Assembly (NCBI GenBank): GCA_041163825.1
Contig: JBEAQO010000129.1
Location: 1-33,024, forward strand
DNA from: Actinomycetota bacterium
GTDB lineage: Bacteria; Actinomycetota; Nitriliruptoria; Nitriliruptorales; Nitriliruptoraceae
DNA: 33,024 nt
Direction: 5' to 3'
The notes beneath the pieces were generated by a model. The model did not search any database, was not told where the DNA came from, and saw nothing but the letters and a program-made list of their open reading frames with translations. Below, piece after piece: positions 1 through 13,610 of the stretch. Every line of letters begins with the position of its first letter. Within the stretch, counting starts at the first letter, position 1. Both the position numbers and the translations under genes were made by a program.

Positions 1-881
1 ACCTCTCGCACGGCATGCCGGTCAACCTCTCGGGCAAGTGGTTCGACGTGACCTCGTACGGCGTCCGGCCCGACACCGAGACCATCGACATGGACGAGGT
101 GCGCTCGCTCGCCCTCGAGCACCGGCCGCGTCTGATCATCGCGGGATGGTCGGCATACCCCCGCCATCTCGACTTCGCCGCGTTCCGAGCGATCGCCGAC
201 GAGGTCGATGCCGTCCTGCTCTGCGACGCGTCGCACTTCATCGGCCTCGTCGCCGGCGGCGCACACCCGAGCCCGGTGCCCCACTGCGACATCGTCACCT
301 TCACCACCCACAAGGCCCTGCGCGGCCCACGCGGGGCGATGATCCTCACGAACGAGCGCTGGGCGAGCGCCATCGACAAGGCCGTCTTCCCCGGGTCCCA
401 GGGCGGGCCCTTGGAGCATGTCATCGCCGCCAAGGCCGTCGCGCTGGGCGAGGCGATGCGGCCCGAGTTCCGCGCGTACGCCCGCCGGATCGTCGACGAC
501 GCGGCCGCGCTGGCCGACGGGCTCGCCGAGCGCGGCTACCGCATCGTCTCCGGGGGCACGCAGACGCACCTCTTCCTCGCCGACGTCACGGCCAAGGGGC
601 TGACGGGCGCGGAGGCCGAGTCGCGCTGCGACGCCGCGGGCATCGTGCTGAACAAGAACGCGATCCCCTTCGACCCGAACCCGCCGGCGGTGGCCTCGGG
701 CATCCGCGCTGGCACGCCCGCGGTCGCGACCCAGGGGATGGGGGTCCCCGAGATGGCGATCGTGGCCGACCTCATCGATCGGGCGCTGACCGGCTCCGAC
801 GAGGAGCGGGCCGTCGTCGCTGGTGAGGTCTCCGAGCTCGTCGCGCGATTCCCCGTCTACCCGCGGCCCCCGGCCGGGTGA
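1..881 (+). CDS. glyA: Serine hydroxymethyltransferase, C-terminal part (5' end lies outside the window)
   Basis: The frame is open from the window edge to TGA 879-881. The translation contains [16 protein letters not shown], the SHMT PLP-lysine motif T-T-H-K-x-L-R-G-P-R-G. It also has the typical downstream blocks ([38 protein letters not shown]). Confidence 0.92.
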   Translation, partial: LSHGMPVNLSGKWFDVTSYGVRPDTETIDMDEVRSLALEHRPRLIIAGWSAYPRHLDFAAFRAIADEVDAVLLCDASHFIGLVAGGAHPSPVPHCDIVTFTTHKALRGPRGAMILTNERWASAIDKAVFPGSQGGPLEHVIAAKAVALGEAMRPEFRAYARRIVDDAAALADGLAERGYRIVSGGTQTHLFLADVTAKGLTGAEAESRCDAAGIVLNKNAIPFDPNPPAVASGIRAGTPAVATQGMGVPEMAIVADLIDRALTGSDEERAVVAGEVSELVARFPVYPRPPAG

Positions 882-900
882 CGCTGCCGGGAGGGCGGGC

Positions 901-2031
901 ATGACGGGGCTGCTGATGACGGTCCTCGTGGCCGCGGCGTTGACCGCGAGCACGGTCCCGCTCGCGTCGAGGCTCGCCCGTCGGACGGGAGCGCTCGGTC
1001 ACCGCATCGGGGAGGGGCCCGAGGACCCCGAGCCGGCTCCGCCCGTCCCCGCGCTGGGCGGGCTCGCGATGCTCGTCGGGGTGCTCGGCGGCCTGGGGCT
1101 CGCGGCGACCAGCGAGACCCTGCGTCCGGCCTTCGCCTCGTCCCAGCTGATCGCCGTCGCCGTCGGATCGGTGCTGATCGCCGCGCTCGGTGCCCTCGAC
1201 GACATCCGCGGGCTGACCCCTCCCGTCAAGCTCGCGGGGCAGATCGTCGTGGCCACGACGGTCGCCGTCCTCGGCCTGCAACTGGTGCACTTCTGGGTGC
1301 CGGGGCTGGGCGTCGTGGCCCTCTCGCCCGACCTCGCCCTGGTGCTTACGGTCCTGGCGCTCGTCGCGATGGTCAACGTCGTCAACCTCATCGACGGGCT
1401 CGACGGGCTCGCGAGCTCGATCGTCGCCATCGGGGCCGCGGCCTTCCTCGTCTTCACGCTGCGCAGCCAGTCGCCGGTGCTCGCCGTCGCCACCCCGACC
1501 GCCCCGGCGCTGATCGCCGCGCTGGCCGCGGCGGTGGCGCTCGGCTTCCTGGTGCACAACTGGTACCCGGCGCGCGCCTTCATGGGGGACACCGGCTCGA
1601 TGCTCCTCGGGCTCCTCCTCGGCGCTGCGGGCGTCGCTCACGTCGGACGCACCGCCGCTCCCTCGGGTGCCGACTTCACCGGGACCGTGCCGCTGCTCGT
1701 GCCGATCCTGATCGTCGCCGTGCCCTTCGTGGACCTCGCCCTCGCGGTCGTCCGCCGGCTGACGACGGGGCGACCCATCACCGAGCGGGACGAGGCCCAC
1801 GTGCACCATCGCCTGCTCGCGTTCGGACATTCGCATCGTCGCGCGACGGCGGTGCTGTCGTACTGGTCGGCGGTCATCGCGCTCGGTGCGCTCCTTCCGG
1901 CGTTCGTCACCCCGCCGACGCTCGTCGCGGTGCTCGTCGTGGCGGGAGCGCTCGGGATCGTCGGGACCACCCTCGGCCGCCGCGATGGGCGCGGCCGCCG
2001 GCCGCCGCTCGCCCCGGTGGGTCCGACGTGA
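901..2031 (+). CDS. wecA: Glycosyltransferase family 4 polyprenyl-phosphate GlcNAc-1-phosphate transferase (WecA/Rfe, MraY-like)
   Basis: Polytopic membrane protein with NVVNLIDGLDGLA, NWYPARAFMGDTGS and HVHHRLL motifs typical of the WecA/MraY family. I chose ATG 901 as start because it is preceded by GGGAGGG. The ORF-track start at 823 would overlap glyA and add a low-complexity N-terminus. The position upstream of the atp operon matches rfe in mycobacteria. Confidence 0.8.
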   Translation: MTGLLMTVLVAAALTASTVPLASRLARRTGALGHRIGEGPEDPEPAPPVPALGGLAMLVGVLGGLGLAATSETLRPAFASSQLIAVAVGSVLIAALGALDDIRGLTPPVKLAGQIVVATTVAVLGLQLVHFWVPGLGVVALSPDLALVLTVLALVAMVNVVNLIDGLDGLASSIVAIGAAAFLVFTLRSQSPVLAVATPTAPALIAALAAAVALGFLVHNWYPARAFMGDTGSMLLGLLLGAAGVAHVGRTAAPSGADFTGTVPLLVPILIVAVPFVDLALAVVRRLTTGRPITERDEAHVHHRLLAFGHSHRRATAVLSYWSAVIALGALLPAFVTPPTLVAVLVVAGALGIVGTTLGRRDGRGRRPPLAPVGPT

Positions 2032-2416
2032 GTGCGACCGAGGGGCAGGACCATCGCGCGGACTCTGGGCGTGGCGTGGGCCGGTCCGATGATCGTGTGC
2101 GCGCCGATGGAGGGTCGCGCGAGCGAGGGGCGGCGGCGGCGCGGGCGCTCCGGCGTGGGACGTGGACCGGGCTCGACCAGGCCTCGGTCATGGGGGTCGA
2201 GCTGCTCGCGGCCATCCTGACGTGGGCCGGCATCGGCTGGCTCGTCGACCGGTGGCTCGGGACGGCACCGTGGTTCCTCGCGATCGGCGCGCTCGTGGGC
2301 AACGGTGCGGGGCTCTACCTGGTGTGGCTGCGTGGCGCTCGCCTGCAGGCGGGCGAGGACCGTCGGGCCCGCGAGGTCGGTGCCGCCCGGCCCGAGGGGG
2401 ACGGGGAGCCGGCCCC

Positions 2417-2420
<4 letters not shown>
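2028..2420 (+). CDS. Small AtpZ/AtpI-family membrane protein (putative F0F1-ATPase-associated subunit)
   Basis: The C-terminal half (GVELLAAILTWAGIGWLVDRWLGTAPWFLAIGALVGNGAGLYLVWLR) is the two-helix signature of the AtpZ-like family encoded upstream of atp operons. GTG 2028 overlaps the wecA stop (GTGA). The N-terminal ~50 aa are Arg/Gly-rich, so the true start could be further downstream. Confidence 0.6.
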
Positions 2421-3945
<1,525 letters not shown>

Positions 3946-3953
3946 GAGCGATC

Positions 3954-4484
3954 ATGCCGTTCTTCTTGGCTGCCGAGGAGGCCTCCGGGGGCATCGAGCT
4001 CCTGCCGGAGGCGGCGGAACTCGTCTGGGGTCTCGTCGCCTTCCTGCTCCTCTTCGGCTTCATGTCCAAGTTCGTCTTCCCGCGCTTCGGCACGATGCTC
4101 GACGAGCGTCGCGCGGAGATCGAGGGCAAGATCGAGTCGGCGGACGCGAAGCTCGTCGAGGCGGAGGAGGCTCGTCGCGGGTACGAGGCGAGCATCGCCG
4201 ACGCCCGCGGGGAGGCCAACCGCATCGTCGAGGAGGCGCGGGCGGCCGCCGAGACGGTGCGCGCGGAGATCCTCTCGCGCGCCGAGGCGGAGGCGGCCGC
4301 GCTCGTCGAGCGCGCCCGGACCGACGTCGCCGGCGAGCGTGAGCGCGTCCTGCAGGAGCTTCGCGGCCAGGTCGGCGCGATCTCCGTGGAGCTCGCGGAG
4401 CGCATCGTCGAGCGCGAGCTCGACGCGGCGACCCACTCGGCGCTGGTCGACGAGTACATCGGTCGCCTGGCCGCACGCGGCTGA
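3954..4484 (+). CDS. atpF: F0F1 ATP synthase subunit b
   Basis: A single N-terminal TM helix (LVWGLVAFLLLFGFM) is followed by a long Ala/Glu/Arg-rich coiled-coil. It sits in the canonical position between atpE and atpH. Confidence 0.9.
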   Translation: MPFFLAAEEASGGIELLPEAAELVWGLVAFLLLFGFMSKFVFPRFGTMLDERRAEIEGKIESADAKLVEAEEARRGYEASIADARGEANRIVEEARAAAETVRAEILSRAEAEAAALVERARTDVAGERERVLQELRGQVGAISVELAERIVERELDAATHSALVDEYIGRLAARG

Positions 4485-4504
4485 GCCGACGAGGGAGCCG
4501 GACC

Positions 4505-5038
4505 ATGTCGAGCGAACGCAACGCCGCCTTCGCGCGGGCCATCGTGTCGCTGGCGGAGGCCGAGGGTGCGCTGGACACCATCGAGGACGAGCTCCTCGAG
4601 GTCGCCCGCGCGGTGGACGGGAGCACGGAGCTGCGTGACCGGTTGACCGACCTGCACCTGCCGATCGCCCGGCGGCTCTCGTTCGTCGAGAGCGAGGTCC
4701 TGGCCGCGGCCCACCCCGTGACCCGGACGGCGCTCGCCATGGTCATCGCCGGGGGCGTCGCCGGGCACCTCGGTGCCATCGCGACCGCGGTCGCCGCCGC
4801 GGGGGCGACCTCACGGGAGCAGGAGTACGCCGAGGTCCGCGTCGCCCAGCCGCTCGACGATGCACGGCGTGCGGCGCTCAAGGCGGCGCTCGAGCGCTCC
4901 ACCGGGCGCACGCTCGACCTCAAGGTCGTCGTCGACCCGAGCGTGATCGGGGGCATCTCGGCGCGCATCGGCGACACCGTGATCGACGGGACGGTCGCGC
5001 GCCGTCTCGAGGAGCTCCGCGCTCGCGTCGGGGCCTGA
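4505..5038 (+). CDS. atpH: F0F1 ATP synthase subunit delta (OSCP)
   Basis: 177 aa with the C-terminal OSCP-type block DPSVIGGISARIGDTVIDGTV. It sits between atpF and atpA and is a separate gene, not a b-delta fusion. Confidence 0.88.
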   Translation: MSSERNAAFARAIVSLAEAEGALDTIEDELLEVARAVDGSTELRDRLTDLHLPIARRLSFVESEVLAAAHPVTRTALAMVIAGGVAGHLGAIATAVAAAGATSREQEYAEVRVAQPLDDARRAALKAALERSTGRTLDLKVVVDPSVIGGISARIGDTVIDGTVARRLEELRARVGA

Positions 5039-5110
5039 CCGCCGGACACCGGCACGCACGACCACCCGCGGGCGGGCGCCCGCGACGCGGTGAGAGAGGA
5101 CCAGGACGAG

Positions 5111-6724
<1,614 letters not shown>

Positions 6725-6730
6725 CACCGG

Positions 6731-6753
6731 GGACCCCGCCGCGGGCGGGGTCC
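6731..6753 (+). other. Perfect 10-bp GC-rich stem-loop (GGACCCCGCC-gcg-GGCGGGGTCC) between atpA and atpG
   Basis: The inverted repeat, read directly from the sequence, starts 7 nt after the atpA stop (TAG 6722-6724). No T-tract follows it. The function (mRNA stabiliser or partial attenuator) is inferred. Confidence 0.5.
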
Positions 6754-6810
6754 ACGAGCGACGAGCGGGACCGAGCGAGCCGAGCCGGACGGGTCGGGAA
6801 GGAGGCGGAC

Positions 6811-9163
<2,353 letters not shown>

Positions 9164-9269
9164 CGCCCGTGGCGCGGCCCCCCGAGCACGACACGGCCCG
9201 CCGAGCACGACGCGGCACCGCGCACCAAGACGGAGCAGGATCCGGGCACGACGGACGAGGACGACGACC

Positions 9270-9668
9270 GTGGCGACGATGCAGGTCGAGGTGGTCTCGG
9301 CGGAGGGCCACGTGCTCTCGGGCGAGGCCCGCGAGCTCTACGCCCGCTCGGTCGAGGGCGAGATCGGCATCCTGCCCGGGCACCAGCCGGCGCTCGTGGC
9401 GCTCGATGTCGGCCCCGTGAAGCTCGTGCTCGCCGACGGCACCGTCGAGCGCATCGCCGTCCACGCCGGGCTCCTCTTCGTCGGCGAGGACGGTCGCGCC
9501 ATCGTCCTCGCCGACATCGCCGAGCGCGCGGCGGACGTCGACGTCCGCCGGGCCGAGGCTCGGGTGCGCGAACTGGAGGCGGCGCTCGCGACCGACGACG
9601 ACGCGGTGCTGCGGATGTCGCTGCGCAAGCACCGCCTGCGCCTCGAGGTCGCCCGCGACCAGGGCTGA
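9270..9668 (+). CDS. atpC: F0F1 ATP synthase subunit epsilon
   Basis: QVEVVSAEG...GEIGILPGHQPALVAL is the epsilon beta-sandwich signature, followed by a helical Ala/Arg-rich C-terminus. I prefer GTG 9270 as start because GAGGA lies 8 nt upstream. ATG 9279 is the alternative. The ORF-track start at 9117 overlaps atpD and adds Arg-rich low-complexity sequence. Confidence 0.88.
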   Translation: MATMQVEVVSAEGHVLSGEARELYARSVEGEIGILPGHQPALVALDVGPVKLVLADGTVERIAVHAGLLFVGEDGRAIVLADIAERAADVDVRRAEARVRELEAALATDDDAVLRMSLRKHRLRLEVARDQG

Positions 9669-9717
9669 CGGCCGTCCGTCCGGCCGCCACGACCGGCACG
9701 GTCGGTAGCCTCGCCCG

Positions 9718-11034
9718 GTGTCCCCCGAGCCCCCCACGTCCCTCGGCGCCGACGGTCGTGTCGGCGATGCGATCCTCGTGCGCGGCGGCGCCCGCCTGAC
9801 CGGGACCGTCGAGCTCTCGGGGGCGAAGAACTCGGTCCTCAAGCTCATGGCGGCCGCGCTGCTGACCGACGAGGAGGTCGTGCTCTCCGCCGTCCCGGCC
9901 ATCGCGGACGTCCCGGTCATGGCCGAGGTCCTCGCCGGGCTCGGGGTCGAGGTCGCGCTCGACGTCGCAGGGGAGCGCTGCCGGCTGCGCGCGCTCGAGG
10001 TGGGGGCGATGGCGCCGCGCGACGCGGTCGTGCGGATCCGTGCCTCCATCGCGACGCTCGGGCCGCTGGTCGCGCGCCAGGGGCGCGCCCGCGTCGCGCT
10101 CCCGGGCGGGGACCGCATCGGGGTGCGCTCCATCGACCTCCACCTCGCGGGGCTCCGAGCGATGGGTGCCGAGGTGGCCCTCGAGCACGACGAGGTCGAC
10201 GTGCGGGTGGAGCGGCTGCGTGGTGCGCGCATCACGCTGGACTTCCCCTCCGTGGGCGCGACCGAGAACCTCGTCATGGCGGCGACGCTCGCGGAGGGCG
10301 TGACGGTCCTCGACAACGCGGCCCGCGAGCCCGAGATCGCCGACCTCTGCGCGATGCTCGTCGCGATGGGGGCCCGCATCGAGGGCATCGGTTCACCGAC
10401 CCTCAGTATCACCGGCGTCGACCGGCTCGGCGGGGTGGCGTGGGAGACGTGCCCGGACCGCATCGAGGCCGGGACCTACGCGATCGCCGCCGCGCTCACC
10501 GGGGGCGACGTCACCATCCGGCGGGTGCGTGCGTCGGACCTGACGGTGCCCCTTCGCAAGCTCCGGGACGTCGGCGCCCTGGTCGAGGAGCACGACGACG
10601 CGATCCGGGTCGTCGGCCGGCCGCTCTCACCGGTCGATGTCGTGACCCTGCCCTACCCGGGCTTCCCGACGGACCTGCAGCCGCAGATGATGGTGCTGCT
10701 CACGCAGGCGGCCGGCATGAGCCGTTGCACGGAGAACGTGTTCGAGTCGCGCTTCTCCTTCGTGGACGAGCTCCGTCGCATGGGGGCGGACATCGAGGTC
10801 GCTGGTCATCACGCGACCCTGAGCGGACCCACACCGCTGTTCGGGGCGACGCTCGCCGGGCTCGATGTCCGCGCCGGTGCCGCCGGGGTGCTCGCCGGGC
10901 TCGTCGCCTCCGGCGAGACGCTGGTGCGGGACGCGCATCACGTCGACCGCGGCTACGCCGAGCTCGTGCCCCGACTGGTCGCCCTCGGGGCGGACGTCGA
11001 ACGGGTCGTGGCGGGCGCCGCGGGGGTCCCGTGA
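9718..11034 (+). CDS. murA: UDP-N-acetylglucosamine 1-carboxyvinyltransferase
   Basis: LSGAKNSVLKLMAAALL, RASIATLGPLVAR, LPGGDRIGVRSIDLHL, PYPGFPTDLQPQMMVL and HVDRGY blocks align by eye with E. coli MurA. The active-site loop carries Asp where E. coli has Cys115. Confidence 0.95.
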   Translation: MSPEPPTSLGADGRVGDAILVRGGARLTGTVELSGAKNSVLKLMAAALLTDEEVVLSAVPAIADVPVMAEVLAGLGVEVALDVAGERCRLRALEVGAMAPRDAVVRIRASIATLGPLVARQGRARVALPGGDRIGVRSIDLHLAGLRAMGAEVALEHDEVDVRVERLRGARITLDFPSVGATENLVMAATLAEGVTVLDNAAREPEIADLCAMLVAMGARIEGIGSPTLSITGVDRLGGVAWETCPDRIEAGTYAIAAALTGGDVTIRRVRASDLTVPLRKLRDVGALVEEHDDAIRVVGRPLSPVDVVTLPYPGFPTDLQPQMMVLLTQAAGMSRCTENVFESRFSFVDELRRMGADIEVAGHHATLSGPTPLFGATLAGLDVRAGAAGVLAGLVASGETLVRDAHHVDRGYAELVPRLVALGADVERVVAGAAGVP

Positions 11035-12821
11035 GCTCGGAACGACCGTCCGTCCGAGCGGCCGTCGTCCTCGCCGTGCTGGTCCCGTCGCTCGCGGTCT
11101 CGCCAGCGCCCCCGGTCCTCGCGGTCGAGCCGAGCGCGGTGGTCGAGCCGGATCGTCCGGCGCCCTTCCCCGTACGGGGCCCCCTCGTCGCCGAGCCGCG
11201 CGATGGCGGCATCGTCGCGCTCGGCCGGACGCGCTACCTCGGTCGCCTGGAGCTGCGACGGGAGGGCTCGGGGGTGCGGCCCATCCTCGAGCTCGACCTC
11301 GAGGACTACCTGCTCGGTATCGCCGAGATGCCGGCCTCCTGGCACGAGGAGGCGCTGCGTGCGCAGGCGGTCGCGGCCCGGACCTACGCGTGGCGCTCGA
11401 TCCTCCGCCAGCGCTTCGACGGCTACGACATCTGTGCGACCGTGGCCTGCCAGGTCTTCCGTGGGGCGGAGGTCGTCGCCGACGGTGGTGTCGGCGAGCG
11501 CTGGGCGTCCGCCGTGGCCGATACGGCGGGGGAGGTGCTGCTCGATGCCCGGGGCGAGCCCATCCTGGCGCGCTACTTCTCGACCTCGGGCGGGCGGACG
11601 TACGCCAACGACGTCGTGTTCCCCTCCTCGGGGGCGTTCCCCTACCTCGTCGGCATCGAGGACCCCGACGATGCGGTGTCGCCCTACCACCGCTGGACGG
11701 TGCGCTTCACGCGGGCCGAGTTCGATGCGATCTCCGGACGCGGCGACAACCTCGGCCGGGTGACCCCGGTGGCATCCGCCGAGCGTCTCGGCGACATCGA
11801 CGACCCTCGCGCCCCGATCCGCTTCACCGGCACGAACGGCCGGACGGTGGTGGTCAGCGCGATCGCGCTGCGCGACTTCCTCTCGACGTACGCACCGATG
11901 GCGTCGCCGGAGCGCTTCCCCGGCCCGACCGACGACGGCTCGCGGCGCCTGCCGTCGACGGTGCCGACCACCCGCTACGCGATCGAGGTCACATCGGACG
12001 AGGTGGTGCTGCGCGGCCGGGGCTGGGGTCATGGTGTGGGCCTCGGGCAGTACGGTGCGCGGGGACGGGCCGAGCGAGGTCAGACCTACCGGGAGATCCT
12101 CGCCGCCTACTACGCCGGGCTCGAGCCCGTCGTCGACGAGCGCCTCCCGGCGACCGTGCGGGTCGGGCTCGGACGCTTCGACGAGGTCCGGGTCCTGCGG
12201 GCGGAGGTCCCGATGCGGCTGGTGGCGGACGGTGAGGAGGTGGTCGCGGCGACGCTGGGCACCTGGCTCGTGGCGCCCGACGGGGACGGCTTCGTGCTCG
12301 AGGCGCCCCCCGGCGAGGGCGCGCTCCTCTCGGTGACCCCGACGCGCGTCGTGCAGGGCGGTGAGCGTCTGCCCGGGCGTGCGGTCGTGCTCGAGGTCTC
12401 GGTCTCCAAGCCGGTCCGGCTCGCGCTCGAGGTCGTCGATGCCCGGGGTCGGTCGGTCGTCGTCGAGCCGCTCGGGCTCGCCGAGGCCGGCATCCACACG
12501 GCGACGTGGCGGCGCCGGGACGCGGCGGGCCAGCCGGTCGCACCCGGCGCCTACGCGGTGCGCCTCGTCGGCGAGGACGCGCTCGGTGCCACCGATGGCA
12601 CGGCGACCCGGGTGGTCGTGACCGAGCGTCCACCCCCGCCCGTCCCGCCCGTCGGCGCGGACGGTGCCGCTGACGCCGTCGGACGTCCGCTGGTCCTGGT
12701 GGGGGCGCTCGCGACCCTGGTCGCGCTGGCGTTCCTCGCCTCGGGCCGTCGGCGGGCGCGCGGTCCGATGGGGGGCGAGGACGGTGCGGTCGACGCCGGG
12801 GACGCAGGGCCGTCGTCGTGA
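11031..12821 (+). CDS. SpoIID/LytB-domain cell-wall protein with a C-terminal FlgD-Ig-like domain and TM anchor
   Basis: N-terminal signal/anchor (AAVVLAVLVPSLAV). SpoIID-type blocks are present: LEDYLLGIAEMPASWHEEALRAQAVAARTYA, CATVACQVF and ARYFSTSGGRTYAN. The C-terminal segment VRLALEVVDARGRSVVVEPLGLAEAGIHTATWRRRDAAGQPVAPGAYAVRL resembles FlgD-Ig/FlgD_ig repeats. It is followed by a Pro-rich linker and a TM helix (LVLVGALATLVALAFLA-SGRRRA). GTG 11031 overlaps the murA stop (GTGA). Confidence 0.8.
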   Translation: MSSERPSVRAAVVLAVLVPSLAVSPAPPVLAVEPSAVVEPDRPAPFPVRGPLVAEPRDGGIVALGRTRYLGRLELRREGSGVRPILELDLEDYLLGIAEMPASWHEEALRAQAVAARTYAWRSILRQRFDGYDICATVACQVFRGAEVVADGGVGERWASAVADTAGEVLLDARGEPILARYFSTSGGRTYANDVVFPSSGAFPYLVGIEDPDDAVSPYHRWTVRFTRAEFDAISGRGDNLGRVTPVASAERLGDIDDPRAPIRFTGTNGRTVVVSAIALRDFLSTYAPMASPERFPGPTDDGSRRLPSTVPTTRYAIEVTSDEVVLRGRGWGHGVGLGQYGARGRAERGQTYREILAAYYAGLEPVVDERLPATVRVGLGRFDEVRVLRAEVPMRLVADGEEVVAATLGTWLVAPDGDGFVLEAPPGEGALLSVTPTRVVQGGERLPGRAVVLEVSVSKPVRLALEVVDARGRSVVVEPLGLAEAGIHTATWRRRDAAGQPVAPGAYAVRLVGEDALGATDGTATRVVVTERPPPPVPPVGADGAADAVGRPLVLVGALATLVALAFLASGRRRARGPMGGEDGAVDAGDAGPSS

Positions 12822-13585
12822 CCGATCGCCCGATCGTGCCCGAACCGGACGTGCCGCCACCACCGGCTCCGGCACCGCGCGCCGCGCCCGACCTGGTCGA
12901 TGCGTTCGCCGCGCTCCTGGCCCTCGTCGGGGTGCAGTTCGTGGTCGGTGGCATCGGTGTCGCGCTGCTCGCCGCCGCTGGCGTCGAGGTCGCTGGCGCA
13001 CCGCTGCTCGCGGTCGTGCTCGGCTCGCAGCTCGCGACGCTCGTCGTGCTCGCGGCGATCGTGCGGGTGCGTGGTCGGCCGCTGCGCCTCCTCGCTGGAC
13101 CCGAACGGGCCCGCGCGGTCCACGTCGCGACCGGCCTCGGGATCGGAGCCGGCGGGGTGGTCCTGGCCTACGGCCTCAACGCACTGCTGCTGCGCTGGTC
13201 CGGGTCGACCGAGCCGGTCGAGCAGCTCCTGCTGGAGGAGCTCGCCGCTGGCGCGACCGCGGTCGCCCTCGCGGTCGTCGTCGCGGTCGTGCTCGCGCCG
13301 ATCACCGAGGAGATCGCGTTCCGCGTGCTGCTGCTCGGAGCGCTGCGTCGCCGGGTGGGCGAGGTCCCGGCCCTCGTCGGATCGACCCTGGCGTTCACCG
13401 TCGCCCACGCCGAGGTCGCCGTGAGCCAGCCGCTCGCGCTCGTCGGGCTCGGCGCCCTCGGGCTCCTCCTCGGTGTCGCCTACCTGCGATCGGGGACCGT
13501 CGTCGTGCCGATCGTCGCGCACGCGACCTTCAACGCGGTGTCGCTCGGTCTCGCGCTCTCCGCGTCGGCGTTCGGGACCGGCTGA
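12818..13585 (+). CDS. CPBP family (CAAX-type, Abi) intramembrane glutamic endopeptidase
   Basis: A polytopic membrane protein with the three CPBP motifs: TEEIAFR (EExxxR), FTVAH (FxxxH) and HATFN (HxxxN). GTG 12818 overlaps the stop of the SpoIID-like gene (GTGA). Confidence 0.82.
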   Translation: MTDRPIVPEPDVPPPPAPAPRAAPDLVDAFAALLALVGVQFVVGGIGVALLAAAGVEVAGAPLLAVVLGSQLATLVVLAAIVRVRGRPLRLLAGPERARAVHVATGLGIGAGGVVLAYGLNALLLRWSGSTEPVEQLLLEELAAGATAVALAVVVAVVLAPITEEIAFRVLLLGALRRRVGEVPALVGSTLAFTVAHAEVAVSQPLALVGLGALGLLLGVAYLRSGTVVVPIVAHATFNAVSLGLALSASAFGTG

Positions 13586-13588
13586 TCG

Positions 13589-13610
13589 CGTCCGCGCTCA
13601 GTGGCGGACG
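13589..13610. terminator. 7-bp inverted repeat (CGTCCGC-n8-GCGGACG) at the convergent junction of the CPBP and FAD-oxidoreductase genes
   Basis: The two genes converge with only 12 nt between their stop codons. The repeat spans the gap and includes the stop codon of the minus-strand gene. It is a possible bidirectional terminator but has no T-tracts. Confidence 0.3.

Noticed and set aside
3954-5038. Possible mycobacterial-style b-delta fusion or second b' gene in the atp operon
   Set aside because: atpF (176 aa) and atpH (177 aa) are separate ORFs of conventional size, with a 20-nt gap and their own SD. There is no second b-like gene.
12640-12821. The C-terminal TM helix plus RRRA cluster on the SpoIID-like protein as a sortase or exosortase-type sorting signal
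   Set aside because: No LPXTG/LAXTG, PEP or similar motif precedes the helix. About 19 further residues follow the basic cluster, which is unlike true sorting signals. I treat it as a plain membrane anchor.
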